From the NCBI GenBank assembly GCA_001602435.1, contig CP012156.1, forward strand, positions 2,609,898-2,673,897: a stretch of DNA of 64,000 nucleotides, in the 5' to 3' direction. This DNA is from Hyphomonadaceae bacterium UKL13-1. Its GTDB lineage: Bacteria > Pseudomonadota > Alphaproteobacteria > Caulobacterales > Aquidulcibacteraceae. The notes below the pieces were generated by a model, which was not told the origin of the DNA, did no database searches, and was given only the letters and a program-made list of their open reading frames with translations. Position numbers and translations under genes: made by a program. This document shows positions 46,723 through 56,525 of this stretch, in pieces (positions within the stretch are counted from its first letter, which is position 1; each line of letters opens with the position of its first letter).

Positions 46723-47856
46723 TCATTGCCCTCCAAAGCGTGCAGGGCGGATCACACAGCCGACGGCACGGGCATGACGCGCCCCCGATGAAATCTCGCC
46801 TACCAAGGTGTCATAGCGCCCGCCAGTCGCCACGGGTCGCGCAAAGCTTGGATCAACGGCTAGATCGAAGGCCATGCCATCATAATAGTCAAAAGCCTCT
46901 GGGCTGAGCGCTTCAAAATGGGCGTGCGCCAAGGCCTCTGGTGCCTCTTGCTGGATGCGGTCGAGCCGCAAGGTCCAAGCCTGCCGCCAATCCATCAAAT
47001 CAACACCCAATTTCTCCGCCAAGGTGACGCATTCATCCAAGCTTGCCGCCAGCGAGCCTTGGCTGCTGAGGTGAATGAGCTTGGACATGGTCTCAGCCAG
47101 TTCTGGCGCGAGGGGTTTGGCGATGGCGCGTTTGGCGCGCGCAGCCAGACGATCGGCCACATGGCTCAATTGCCGGTTGCCGGGCAGCGATAGGTTCGCC
47201 AAGGTCAAAACCTCTGCGACCGTACTGCGGGCGCGTTCGGGGTCAAGTTCGGCAATCGTGCGTTCCAGCGCACTGATCTGACGGCTTGGTCCCGTCCCGG
47301 TGGCTTGGGCCAAGACGCGCTTCAGCGCACTCTTATGGCTCGCCACTTCGCCTAACGCGCTGTTCCACGGATCGGGGAGATCGGCCTTGGCGATGATATG
47401 GGGTAGCAGACCACCGTCACAGAGGCGGACATAAAGATTGCGCTCGCCTGCCGCTTGGCACGCTTCCCACGCGGCGAGAAACACAGTCACATCGGCTTCA
47501 ATCCGGTCGGCATCGCCAAAGCGTTCGAGGCCGATTTGGACGAATTCAGGCGCGCGGTCTTCACCGGGCTTTGGTGCACGAAATACCTTGCCCTCGCACA
47601 CCCAAGCGGCCGGCTCATCATCGCCTTGCGCATTCTGGGCATAGTGCAAAGCCGCAGGAATGGTCAGGTCGGCGCGCAAGCACAGTTCGGCCCCGTCCGG
47701 CCCGGACGCAAAATAGAGGCGCGGGCGCACATCTTCGCCGGCCAATTCCAGCACCAAAGCGGCCGGCAATAAGGTCGGCAAAGCCACCTCTTGCCCACCC
47801 CGGGCCTTCAAAGCAGCCCAAGCGGCCTGCATCTTGGGACCAGTCTCTTGGTTCAT
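46723..47856 (-). CDS. hisZ: ATP phosphoribosyltransferase regulatory subunit
   Basis: HisS paralogue lacking the anticodon-binding domain, positioned between hisS and hisG. The ATG at 47856 abuts the hisS stop. Confidence 0.85.
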   Translation of the reverse strand: MNQETGPKMQAAWAALKARGGQEVALPTLLPAALVLELAGEDVRPRLYFASGPDGAELCLRADLTIPAALHYAQNAQGDDEPAAWVCEGKVFRAPKPGEDRAPEFVQIGLERFGDADRIEADVTVFLAAWEACQAAGERNLYVRLCDGGLLPHIIAKADLPDPWNSALGEVASHKSALKRVLAQATGTGPSRQISALERTIAELDPERARSTVAEVLTLANLSLPGNRQLSHVADRLAARAKRAIAKPLAPELAETMSKLIHLSSQGSLAASLDECVTLAEKLGVDLMDWRQAWTLRLDRIQQEAPEALAHAHFEALSPEAFDYYDGMAFDLAVDPSFARPVATGGRYDTLVGEISSGARHARAVGCVIRPARFGGQ

Positions 47857-49334
47857 GGCTTCAGCATGTCCTGGACGGCTTCTACCAATTGGGCGCGCGG
47901 CACTTCGACTTGGGCTGGTCGCTCGCGCCGCCACGCTTCGTTCGACTCAATCGCTTGGGCCAATTGCGCACCGAGATTAAGGTCTTTCAGCGTGACCTTT
48001 CCGGCGTCGCGTTCTTGGCTGCCTTCCATCACGACAACCGGGGCTTTGCGGCGATCGGCATATTTCATCTGCGCCTTCATGCCAGAGGTGCCGAGATAGA
48101 CTTCTGCGGCAATGCCTGCGGCACGAAGTTCACCTGCCATTTGCATATAGCCCGCCATGGCATCCCCATCGAGGGCGAGGATAACGACAGGGCCTTGCGC
48201 CGCTTCGGGCGGACGGCCAGAAGCCGACAAGGCCGCGACGAGGCGGGATACACCGAGTGAAAAGCCAGTAGCTGGGGCGCGTTCACCGCGGAAGCGCATC
48301 ACAAGGTCATCATAGCGCCCACCAGAACCGATGGAGCCAAAGCGGACCTTATTGCCCTTCTCATCTAGCGTCTCGGTGAGGAGCTCAGCCTCAAACACAG
48401 GACCGGTGTAATATTCCAAGCCGCGCACAATGGCGGGGTCAAAGAAGGCGCGGTCTTCGAGAATATCCAAAGCACGCAGGGTTGCGTCAATCGCGCCAAG
48501 CTCTGCCACGCCTTCAGCCCCAAGCTCGGTATCGCCCACCACCGCGTCCAAGGCGCTCAAGGTTTCAAGGCGTGTGGCTTTGCGGGTGGAGGTAAAGGCC
48601 AAGACTTGTGCGATGGCATTGGAGCCAAGCCCTGCGCCTTTGGTGAAGTCGCCAGACTCGTCCTTTCGGCCCGCGCCCAACAGCAACTCAACCCCTTCAG
48701 GGCCCAAACGATCCAGCTTGTCGACGGCCCGGAGCACGCCCAGACGCGTGGCCGTATCGGCGACATCGACGCCAATCTTGGCTAATAGGCCGTCGAGCAA
48801 TTTGCGGTTTGAGACATTGACCACATAAAGCCCGCGCGGCACGCCAGCAGCTTCAACGGCTGCAGCCCCCATCGCAATTGCTTCGGCATCGGCTTCAGGG
48901 CGGGCAGAGCCAACACAATCGGCATCACATTGCCAGAACTCACGATAGCGGCCGGGGCCCGGCTTCTCGTTACGCCAGACAGGCCCTGCAGCGCAGCGGC
49001 GGAAGGGCTTCGGCAGGCTATCCCAATTTTGTGCGGCAAAGCGGGCCAAAGGCGCGGTCAGATCATAGCGCAGGCTCATCCATTGGCCGTCATCATCTTC
49101 GAGTGCGAACACGCCTTCATTGGGACGATCTTGGTCGGGCAGGAATTTACCCAGCGCATCGGCATATTCAAAGCTGGGGGTTTCCAGCCGCTCATAACCC
49201 CAGGACTCATAGACCCGCAGCACTTTTTCCACGACGCTGCGCTCTGCCGACAAGGCATCAGCCCGGCGGTCGATAAAGCCGCGCGGCGAACGAGCAAGCG
49301 GACGGCTCGGCGCATTTGGTTTGGTTTCGGTCAT
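47853..49334 (-). CDS. hisS: Histidine--tRNA ligase
   Basis: Class II aaRS core (…FRRCAAGPVWRNEKPGPGRYREFWQCD…, GGRYDDLV) and a C-terminal anticodon-binding domain. Confidence 0.93.
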   Translation of the reverse strand: MTETKPNAPSRPLARSPRGFIDRRADALSAERSVVEKVLRVYESWGYERLETPSFEYADALGKFLPDQDRPNEGVFALEDDDGQWMSLRYDLTAPLARFAAQNWDSLPKPFRRCAAGPVWRNEKPGPGRYREFWQCDADCVGSARPEADAEAIAMGAAAVEAAGVPRGLYVVNVSNRKLLDGLLAKIGVDVADTATRLGVLRAVDKLDRLGPEGVELLLGAGRKDESGDFTKGAGLGSNAIAQVLAFTSTRKATRLETLSALDAVVGDTELGAEGVAELGAIDATLRALDILEDRAFFDPAIVRGLEYYTGPVFEAELLTETLDEKGNKVRFGSIGSGGRYDDLVMRFRGERAPATGFSLGVSRLVAALSASGRPPEAAQGPVVILALDGDAMAGYMQMAGELRAAGIAAEVYLGTSGMKAQMKYADRRKAPVVVMEGSQERDAGKVTLKDLNLGAQLAQAIESNEAWRRERPAQVEVPRAQLVEAVQDMLKP

Positions 49335-49548
49335 GTTGAAGCCCGGTGGGAGAAAAGATGGAGGCGGTGTTTATCGCGACATGGCGCGGGCGGCAATCAA
49401 TCTGCCTGATATCGCTGTGCCTTCTGCGCCAGCACACGGTGTTTTGATACAGGAATCAAGGTGACACTGGGAAAGAGCAGGGTTAGACAAATTCTTTAGG
49501 TCCTGTTGTGAGCCGCTGCATGCGTGCTGATCAGAGAAAGATTGCGTC

Positions 49549-50355
49549 ATGAGCGAAAAGTCGCAGCGTCGCCGGAAAGCCCTTGCTTCGGGAACAGGTG
49601 TGGCTATTGCGATCTTCGCAGCTTTGGCGGCTACGGGCCTTTCGCTCACCGGCCCACTCAAACCAGCAACGCCGGACAAACCCACCAATGCCGAGGCCCC
49701 TAAAAAGACCGACTGGCGCGGGGTTGCACGCCTCGCTTTGGACAAGCAAGAGTTCTCTTTTGCTGAAGTGAAGTTCAAGGCCGGGGTCTTGACTGTCTCG
49801 GGCGATACCGAAGCGGCAGAAGACCGCGCGCGCGCTTTTGAGGTGGTAAAACAGGCTGTTTTGAGCGATCCAAGCCATGTTGGCGTGGTGCTCGCGCTGG
49901 AAAATGCCATCACATTAGGTGGACAAGCCATGGCGGATGCGCCTGATGCGGCCTCCACCATGGGGGCCACTCCGGACGCCAAAGCGTGCCAGACCGCCTA
50001 TGACACCTTGCTCGATGGGCGTGTGATCAATTTTGGGTCGGGCAGTGCGGTACTGGCCGAAGATTCCAAGCCTTTGTTGAATGCTTTGGCAGCAGTGGCC
50101 AAGCGTTGTGAGACTTATCGAGTTGAGTTGGGCGGACATACCGATGCCCGTGGCGACGCCACCGCTAACCAAGCCCTGTCAGAGCGACGCGCACAATCGG
50201 TCGCGGATTATCTGGTGTCCAAATCGGTTCCAGCCAGCTTGTTGGGCGTGTCCGGCTATGGCGAGACCCAGCCCAAGGATGCAGGCGGCAATGCGGAGGC
50301 CGACGCCAAGAACCGCCGGATTGAGTTCAAAATCGTCGAAGATGGTGCCCAATAG
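49549..50355 (+). CDS. OmpA-family (OmpA_C-like peptidoglycan-binding) protein
   Basis: N-terminal TM/signal anchor. C-terminal domain: GGHTDARGDATANQALSERRAQSVADYL … NRRIEFKIV. Confidence 0.85.
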   Translation: MSEKSQRRRKALASGTGVAIAIFAALAATGLSLTGPLKPATPDKPTNAEAPKKTDWRGVARLALDKQEFSFAEVKFKAGVLTVSGDTEAAEDRARAFEVVKQAVLSDPSHVGVVLALENAITLGGQAMADAPDAASTMGATPDAKACQTAYDTLLDGRVINFGSGSAVLAEDSKPLLNALAAVAKRCETYRVELGGHTDARGDATANQALSERRAQSVADYLVSKSVPASLLGVSGYGETQPKDAGGNAEADAKNRRIEFKIVEDGAQ

Positions 50356-50376
50356 GGCCTTCGCAAAGCCGTTCGC

Positions 50377-50955
50377 TTAACGCGTCAGGCCCGGCACCCA
50401 TTTCACATCTTCAGCGCCATTGGCATTGGCGCGACGGCCCGCGACGAACAACAGGTCAGACAGGCGGTTGAGATAATGCAGCACCGCGTCCGAGACGACT
50501 TCGCCTTCGGTTTGCATCAAAGCAGCCACTTGCCGCTCAGCCCGCCGCGTGATGGTGCGTGCTACGTGCAAATAGGCTGAAAGGGCCGTGCCACCGGGCA
50601 GGATGAAAGAATCAAGCGCCGGGATGGCCGCATTCATCGCGTCGATTTCGCCTTCCAGGCGCGTCACTTGATTGGGCAGAATGCGCAAGGCTTCCCAAGC
50701 GAGTGGCTTGCCGCGCTCTGGCGTTGCCAAATCAGCACCTAGGTCGAACAAATCGTTTTGGATACGGCCCAAAATCGCGTCGAGCTCGGCATCGGCCTGA
50801 CTGTGCAAGCGCGCGACACCGATAGCGGCATTGGCCTCGTCCACTGCGCCATAGGCTTCAACGCGGGCATCAAACTTCGGCACCGTCTCGCCTGTCGCAA
50901 GGCTGGTTGTCCCATTATCGCCGGTGCGCGTGTAAATCTTGTTGAGCGTGACCAT
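50377..50955 (-). CDS. PduO-type ATP:cob(I)alamin adenosyltransferase
   Basis: MVTLNKIYTRTGDNGTTSLATGETVPK…, ~190 aa. Confidence 0.88.
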   Translation of the reverse strand: MVTLNKIYTRTGDNGTTSLATGETVPKFDARVEAYGAVDEANAAIGVARLHSQADAELDAILGRIQNDLFDLGADLATPERGKPLAWEALRILPNQVTRLEGEIDAMNAAIPALDSFILPGGTALSAYLHVARTITRRAERQVAALMQTEGEVVSDAVLHYLNRLSDLLFVAGRRANANGAEDVKWVPGLTR

Positions 50956-51136
50956 GCTTCATCCCGTAAATCTGTCCCTGCCTTACTATAGGTCCAAAGC
51001 TGTCCTGCCAAAGCACGAAGCTGCTATTTTGCGAGAAGAGCACCACGCGAGCCCAGCTTGAAAGGCCGTGAAGTTTGACCTAAAATAGGCGCGGCATGTC
51101 TGAGGCCTACACTGTTTGAGGAGACTTTATTCCGAG

Positions 51137-51349
51137 ATGAAAAGTTTCATCACCTCATCTCTCGGCTTCTCATCGGCCTATTTGATCTACTATTTGCTCG
51201 TGGGCGGTCAACTCGATGGTCGGCAGTTGGCGATCATCGTATCGGGCGGTTTTGTGTTCGCGGTGTTGTTCGAAGGCTTAAGTCTCTTGTTTAGGCGCTT
51301 GTTCCTCTGGCTCGGGCGATATTACGCAAAGCGGCAGAAAGAGGTTTGA
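51137..51349 (+). CDS. Small membrane protein, hypothetical
   Basis: ORF only: two hydrophobic segments. Confidence 0.35.
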   Translation: MKSFITSSLGFSSAYLIYYLLVGGQLDGRQLAIIVSGGFVFAVLFEGLSLLFRRLFLWLGRYYAKRQKEV

Positions 51350-51426
51350 GCGTCTGGCTCACTTAGCAGCCTCCCCAAAAGCAAAGAAACCTCGAACTTG
51401 CGCACAATCGTGCTAAATCAGTCTCT

Positions 51427-51768
51427 ATGACCCATCCCATTCGACTGCTCTGCTTAATCCTTGCCATTATCTTCACCGCTTTGATTGGCTGGGCGAGTGT
51501 GCGGGGTGATTTTGGGGCGGAGTTTGCGGCCATCACAGCGATGCCGTGGGGGCAAATCTCGCTGATCGATCTCTATCTCGGCTTCTTGCTCTATGGCTTT
51601 GCAGTCTGGGTGGTGGAGAAGGACCTCAAAGCCCGCTTGCTATGGGCATTGCCCATCATCTTTCTCGGCAATGCTTGGTCCTTGGTTTGGGTCGCCGTGC
51701 GCTGGCCGCAAATCCTAGCACGTCTGAAGATCGAGCCAACCGTCCCCCCAGCCGACCCTAAGTCCTGA
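51427..51768 (+). CDS. DUF1475-like small membrane protein
   Basis: Four hydrophobic segments with a pattern (…WGQISLIDLYLGF…) that I recall from DUF1475. Confidence 0.5.
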   Translation: MTHPIRLLCLILAIIFTALIGWASVRGDFGAEFAAITAMPWGQISLIDLYLGFLLYGFAVWVVEKDLKARLLWALPIIFLGNAWSLVWVAVRWPQILARLKIEPTVPPADPKS

Positions 51769-52282
51769 CCGCGCAAATATCGGGTAGGCCACGGCCACGA
51801 CCTGCATCATCCAAGCCATAGCCAACCAGAAACCGGTCCGGGAGGTCAAAGCCCAGATAGTCTGGCGCTGGTAGTTTTGCTGCCAAGGGCTTACGCGCCA
51901 ACAAACACGTCAAAACCTCACTCGCGCCTTTGGACGCCAGATAGGATTTGGCAAACAGGATCGTGCGACCCGTATCATAGACGTCGTCGACAATCAGAAC
52001 TTGCCGCCCACCAATGGGCTTCTGCAGATCGGCCAATACATTGATCCGGCCACCGCTTTCATGCGCGTCGCCATAGCTCGACAGCCACAAAAAATCGGTG
52101 CGCGGGGTTTTTCCATGGCGGGCAAGACCGCGCACCACGTCTGCCATGAACACAAAGGCGCCCTGTAACAGGCCAACCACGACAGCATCTTCTTCCAACC
52201 GGCCTGCAATCTGACCGGTCAGCTCTTGGATTCGGCTGTCGATTTCTTGCGCGGACACCAAAATATCCAATTGTGACGTCAC
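51758..52282 (-). CDS. hpt: Hypoxanthine/guanine phosphoribosyltransferase
   Basis: PRPP-binding motif VLIVDDVYDTGRT, ~174 aa. Confidence 0.85.
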   Translation of the reverse strand: MTSQLDILVSAQEIDSRIQELTGQIAGRLEEDAVVVGLLQGAFVFMADVVRGLARHGKTPRTDFLWLSSYGDAHESGGRINVLADLQKPIGGRQVLIVDDVYDTGRTILFAKSYLASKGASEVLTCLLARKPLAAKLPAPDYLGFDLPDRFLVGYGLDDAGRGRGLPDICAVRT

Positions 52283-52302
52283 GGCCCCGCCCCTCTTCTT
52301 AT

Positions 52303-53166
52303 TTAACGTGCAGCCACTGGCGCGTCATGGCCTTCACCATGATCAACCATTGGAACATCTGCGGGTTTTGCTGGTGCTGCGGGCTCTGCCCCCATTAGGC
52401 CGGACTTGCCTGTTGGTGGTTCAGGTTTTGGACGCGGGCCCTTACGCGGTGGGTCTGCAAAACTGATCACAGCCTTCAGGCTGCCGCGCACAGGATTAGA
52501 GCGGGAACTGGCAAAAGCATGCGCTTTGCCGGGGCCAAGGCTCTCAACGCCCGGATCCACCATCCAAGACAGCCGCTCTAGGCCCTTTGCATCGACCAGC
52601 GAGACTTTGAGATAAGGGATGAATTCTGACGTGCGCGATACCGATTGCAACACGCCTTTGACTTCGACTTTGGGGCCTTTGTCATCGGCTGAAGACGTGA
52701 TGGTGATGTCACGAATATCCACGCCATAGAGATTGGCCGGCATGCCGACTGCAGCAAACGCCGTGGCTGACTTTGGCCACAGGCGCACGATGTCAGTGCG
52801 ATAAATCCCGGCCGCAGCCAAACCGCCGATCAACAGGCTGAGGCTAATGGCCCAAGGAATTCCAGCCGCCAAACGATGGGTCGTCTTGATCTGGTCTAGC
52901 GCCTTTTTGCGCGCCATTTCATGGGGCTCTAGCTTGCCACTTTTGGCCTTTTTGCTGCCAAGACCCAATTTCGCCAACAAGCCCGCCTTCTTTGCTTCAG
53001 CAGCGCTAGGTGCTTTTGACGTGCTAGAATTATAGCCAATTGTCCCAGCGGGCATCGCGCGCCACGAATTTCCACATGCCGCACAGCGGACAGTGCGCCC
53101 CGATGGTGGAATCGCACCATCAGCGACATTGTATTTCGCAGAACATTGAGGGCATGTGAGTAGCAT
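52303..53166 (-). CDS. MJ0042-type zinc-ribbon protein with TM and DUF3426-like C-terminal domain
   Basis: MLLTCPQCSAKYNVADGAIPPSGRTVRCAACGNSW, then a TM. Divergent from ftsE, as is common in alphaproteobacteria. Confidence 0.75.
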   Translation of the reverse strand: MLLTCPQCSAKYNVADGAIPPSGRTVRCAACGNSWRAMPAGTIGYNSSTSKAPSAAEAKKAGLLAKLGLGSKKAKSGKLEPHEMARKKALDQIKTTHRLAAGIPWAISLSLLIGGLAAAGIYRTDIVRLWPKSATAFAAVGMPANLYGVDIRDITITSSADDKGPKVEVKGVLQSVSRTSEFIPYLKVSLVDAKGLERLSWMVDPGVESLGPGKAHAFASSRSNPVRGSLKAVISFADPPRKGPRPKPEPPTGKSGLMGAEPAAPAKPADVPMVDHGEGHDAPVAAR

Positions 53167-53232
53167 GAAAGAGACGAATCACCCGGCTAGCGCAACCATA
53201 AAAAAGCGCTTATTCGCTGTCAGAGTCTACTC

Positions 53233-53967
53233 ATGAATGAAAAAACTCGCACCCCTGCCTATCGAGAGGGCGGACCGATCGTCCGCTTTGACAAAGTTGG
53301 CGTCACCTATGGCTCCGGCACCCAAGCCTTGCGCAATGTGTCGTTTGAGCTGGAGAGCGGTGGCTTCTACTTTTTGACGGGCCCATCGGGGGCGGGCAAA
53401 TCCACCCTGCTGAAACTTATGTATCTGGCCCTGCGGCCCAGCCAAGGGCGCGCCAATCTGTTCGGTGTGGACGTCGGTAGTGCCAGTCGCGACGATCTGC
53501 CGATGTTGCGGCGTAAGATTGGCGTGGTGTTTCAAGACTTCCGCTTGCTGCCGCATTTGTCGGTGTTTGATAATGTCGCCATGCCGTTTCGGGTGCGCGA
53601 CGTGCCCATGGCCGATTATGCGGAAGACGTAGACGATCTATTGCGCTGGGTCGGCCTTGGCGGACGAATTGATGCTTTGCCTGAGACTTTGTCGGGCGGA
53701 GAACAGCAGCGTGTGGCGATTGCGCGGGCCGTGGTAGGCAAGCCCTCTCTCTTGATCGCCGACGAGCCGACCGGCAACGTTGACCCCGATATGGGCGCCC
53801 GGATCATCCGTTTGTTCATTGAGCTTCATAAATTGGGCGCAACCGTGGTGATTGCGACGCACGATCTTGACTTGGTGCGTCGTTCTGGAGCCCCTGTTCT
53901 CAGACTGGAGGCTGGCGAGTTGACCCAGGCCCCCCATCTAGACTCGGTGCCAAAGGCAAAGCGATGA
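53233..53967 (+). CDS. ftsE: Cell-division ABC ATPase FtsE
   Basis: Walker [10 protein letters not shown], signature LSGGEQQR, Walker B LLIADEPT. Confidence 0.88.
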   Translation: MNEKTRTPAYREGGPIVRFDKVGVTYGSGTQALRNVSFELESGGFYFLTGPSGAGKSTLLKLMYLALRPSQGRANLFGVDVGSASRDDLPMLRRKIGVVFQDFRLLPHLSVFDNVAMPFRVRDVPMADYAEDVDDLLRWVGLGGRIDALPETLSGGEQQRVAIARAVVGKPSLLIADEPTGNVDPDMGARIIRLFIELHKLGATVVIATHDLDLVRRSGAPVLRLEAGELTQAPHLDSVPKAKR

Positions 53968-54875
53968 TTGATAAGCTGAAATCGCTATGGAGACAGATAA
54001 GCCGCGAATCAGACCGCGCGCTCTTGCCAGCTGATTCACGCCAAGTGCGGCCTTTGACCATTGTGGTGTCGATCATGTGCGCTTTGGGTTGCTTAGCGGG
54101 ACTGGGCGCCTCAGCCGGGTTCAGGGCCGCGAACACCTGGACCAGTGACCTTAAGAGCGCGATGAGCGTTGTGGTGCAAAGCCCGCGGACCGACGAGGAT
54201 TTGACCCGCGCTGCTCAGATTGTCGGCCGTATCCAAGGGGTGACGCGCAGCGAAGCCATGAGCCGCGAGCGGGCGAAGGAACTCTTACGCAATTATGGCA
54301 CGGATATGGGAGCCACTTTGGATGCTTTGCCCGTCCCGCGTCTGATTGAAGTGGGTGTGGTCGCCGGTCAAACCAATGTGAAAGCAGATATTGAGAAAGC
54401 CTTGAAGGTGGCAGGCTTCACCATGGTGGTGGATGACCACAGCCGGTTTACAGGCGAAGTGCTGCGCACCTCTACTGTTGTGCGGATTGTCGCCATCATG
54501 GCTTTGGTCGCGTTAGTCGTCGCCGCGATTGCAACGATTGCCTTTGCCGCGCGCGCCGCGCTCGAAACGCGGCGGGAAGCCGTCAACATCCTGCATCTGG
54601 TGGGTGCTAAGGATTCCTTCGTGGCGCGCGAAGTTCAGATCCGCTTTCTGCGGCTGGGTTTTGTTGCTGGGCTACTGGGTGCCAATGCGGCTGGTGTGAT
54701 CGCTTTGATCGGATCGACCGTATTTGCTTTTGGGGCGTCGGATTTTACCAGCGGCGCACCTTTGTTGAATTGGACCGATTTGTGGATCCTGCTGGTGGCG
54801 CCCCTTGTGACGGCTTGCGCCAGCGCGGTTGCGGCAGACCTTGCAGCTCGGGCAACTTTGAGGGATTTGGTGTGA
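53964..54875 (+). CDS. ftsX: FtsX-like permease
   Basis: TM, periplasmic domain, then 3 TM. 4-nt overlap with ftsE. Confidence 0.8.
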   Translation: MIDKLKSLWRQISRESDRALLPADSRQVRPLTIVVSIMCALGCLAGLGASAGFRAANTWTSDLKSAMSVVVQSPRTDEDLTRAAQIVGRIQGVTRSEAMSRERAKELLRNYGTDMGATLDALPVPRLIEVGVVAGQTNVKADIEKALKVAGFTMVVDDHSRFTGEVLRTSTVVRIVAIMALVALVVAAIATIAFAARAALETRREAVNILHLVGAKDSFVAREVQIRFLRLGFVAGLLGANAAGVIALIGSTVFAFGASDFTSGAPLLNWTDLWILLVAPLVTACASAVAADLAARATLRDLV

Positions 54876-54876
54876 G

Positions 54877-55590
54877 ATGGCATGGCTTCGGCGAAAGACA
54901 CGTGAACGGGGGCAACACCGCCCATCGGGCACGGTTGTGCGCTCGTCGACCCTAATTTCGCGCCTCATTTTTGTCTTGAGCTTGCTCGGCGGCTTAAGTC
55001 TCCTGATTGGCTTCATCCGATTTGGCGATCATGTAACCTCCTTAAAGACCCCGCTCGGGCCAATTCGGGCAGATGGCGCTGCGGCTTTGACAGGCGGCTC
55101 AGACCAGCGGCTGATTGCAGGGGTAAAGCTTGTCGAAAGCAAAGCGGTGCCGCGCCTTCTGATCTCTGGCGTCAACCGCGTGACCACCGCCAAAGAAGTG
55201 CGCGCTGTGGCAGGCGGGGCGGAAGTAACCTATGCCTGTTGCATCGACATGGGCCGGCGGGCAACAGACACGATTGGCAATGCCGAGGAAGCCGCCATCT
55301 GGGTGCAGGTTCATCAGATCAAAACCTTGGTGGTCATCACTGATGCTTATCACATGCCGCGCAGCCTGTTTGAGATGCGCCGGGCTATTCCCGACGTGGC
55401 CCTGATCCCCTACCCTGTGCAGACCACGCGTGAATTTGATGGCGACTGGTGGAAGAATGAACGTCCAACTCGGGCTTTGGCGCTGGAATATGGCAAGTAT
55501 CTTGTCTCTATCGGGCGTGGGCTTTTGGAGGGCGACACAGAAATAGCGTTGAGGCAGGTCGGCCTGTTTCACAAAGGAAAGACTCCATGA
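54877..55590 (+). CDS. YdcF/ElyC-family (DUF218) protein
   Basis: N-terminal TM, then …LLISGVNR… and …VVITDAYHMPRS…. Confidence 0.75.
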   Translation: MAWLRRKTRERGQHRPSGTVVRSSTLISRLIFVLSLLGGLSLLIGFIRFGDHVTSLKTPLGPIRADGAAALTGGSDQRLIAGVKLVESKAVPRLLISGVNRVTTAKEVRAVAGGAEVTYACCIDMGRRATDTIGNAEEAAIWVQVHQIKTLVVITDAYHMPRSLFEMRRAIPDVALIPYPVQTTREFDGDWWKNERPTRALALEYGKYLVSIGRGLLEGDTEIALRQVGLFHKGKTP

Positions 55591-56525
55591 CCTTGATCCG
55601 GTCGCTTTTATTGATGGTGTGGATGTGGGGCAGTGTGCTGATCGTTGGCACGTTGGGCGCGCCCTACGTGTTCGTGTCGCCCCTGGGCGGCGCACGCGTC
55701 ATGGAAGCTTGGGCAAAGGTCATGCGCTTTGGCGCGAAATGGATCGCGGGCATTACCTATGAAGTGCGTGGGCTGGAACACTTGCCCGAAGGCCCGATCA
55801 TGATCGCGGCCAAGCACCAAAGCGTCTTAGACACCATTATCCCGACACTGTTCACCAATATGCCCGTCTATGTGTTGAAGCAGGAGCTCTTAAACCTACC
55901 GATCTTCGGCTGGTATTGCCGCAAAGCCGGCCTCATCGCGATTGATCGTTCGGGCCATATGAGCGCCTTAAAGGCCATGGTCGCCCAAGCGAAAGAGCGG
56001 TTTGAGCAAGGCCGCCCGCTAATCATCTTCCCAGAGGGCACACGCCAAATGATCGGGGCAGAGCCTGACTATAAGCCCGGCGTTGCGGCAATCTACATGC
56101 TGCTGGGCGTGCCCTGTGTGCCGCTGGCACTCAATACAGGCACATCTTGGCCTGCCAAGGGCATTTGGCGGCGTCCGGGCAAAGTGGTGTTTGAGTTTCT
56201 CCCTGTCATCCCGCCCGGACTAAAGCGCGGCCCCTTTATGGAATTGCTGGAAAGCCGGATTGAAGGCGCAAGTCAGGCGCTACTTGAAGAACATGAGGTC
56301 AAGCAGGCCTTGCATCGCAAACGGCACCGCGAAGATTCATCCGGCGGCGACGTCATCTTCTTTTCTGGTTCGGACAGCAGCACATCCAGTTCCAAATCTT
56401 CCTCCAAAAGTGACGCAGACTCTGATTGGGGGTCGAACAAAGATATCGATGGTGATGGCAGTGATGGCGACGGCGGTGGTGGCGGCGGTGGTGGCGACGG
56501 CGGCGGCGGCGGCGGCGGTGATTAG
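55587..56525 (+). CDS. plsC: 1-acyl-sn-glycerol-3-phosphate acyltransferase with a Ser/Asp/Gly-rich C-terminal tail
   Basis: HxxxxD (HQSVLD) and FPEGTR motifs. A ~70-aa low-complexity tail ends in poly-Gly/Asp. Confidence 0.85.
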   Translation: MTLIRSLLLMVWMWGSVLIVGTLGAPYVFVSPLGGARVMEAWAKVMRFGAKWIAGITYEVRGLEHLPEGPIMIAAKHQSVLDTIIPTLFTNMPVYVLKQELLNLPIFGWYCRKAGLIAIDRSGHMSALKAMVAQAKERFEQGRPLIIFPEGTRQMIGAEPDYKPGVAAIYMLLGVPCVPLALNTGTSWPAKGIWRRPGKVVFEFLPVIPPGLKRGPFMELLESRIEGASQALLEEHEVKQALHRKRHREDSSGGDVIFFSGSDSSTSSSKSSSKSDADSDWGSNKDIDGDGSDGDGGGGGGGGDGGGGGGGD

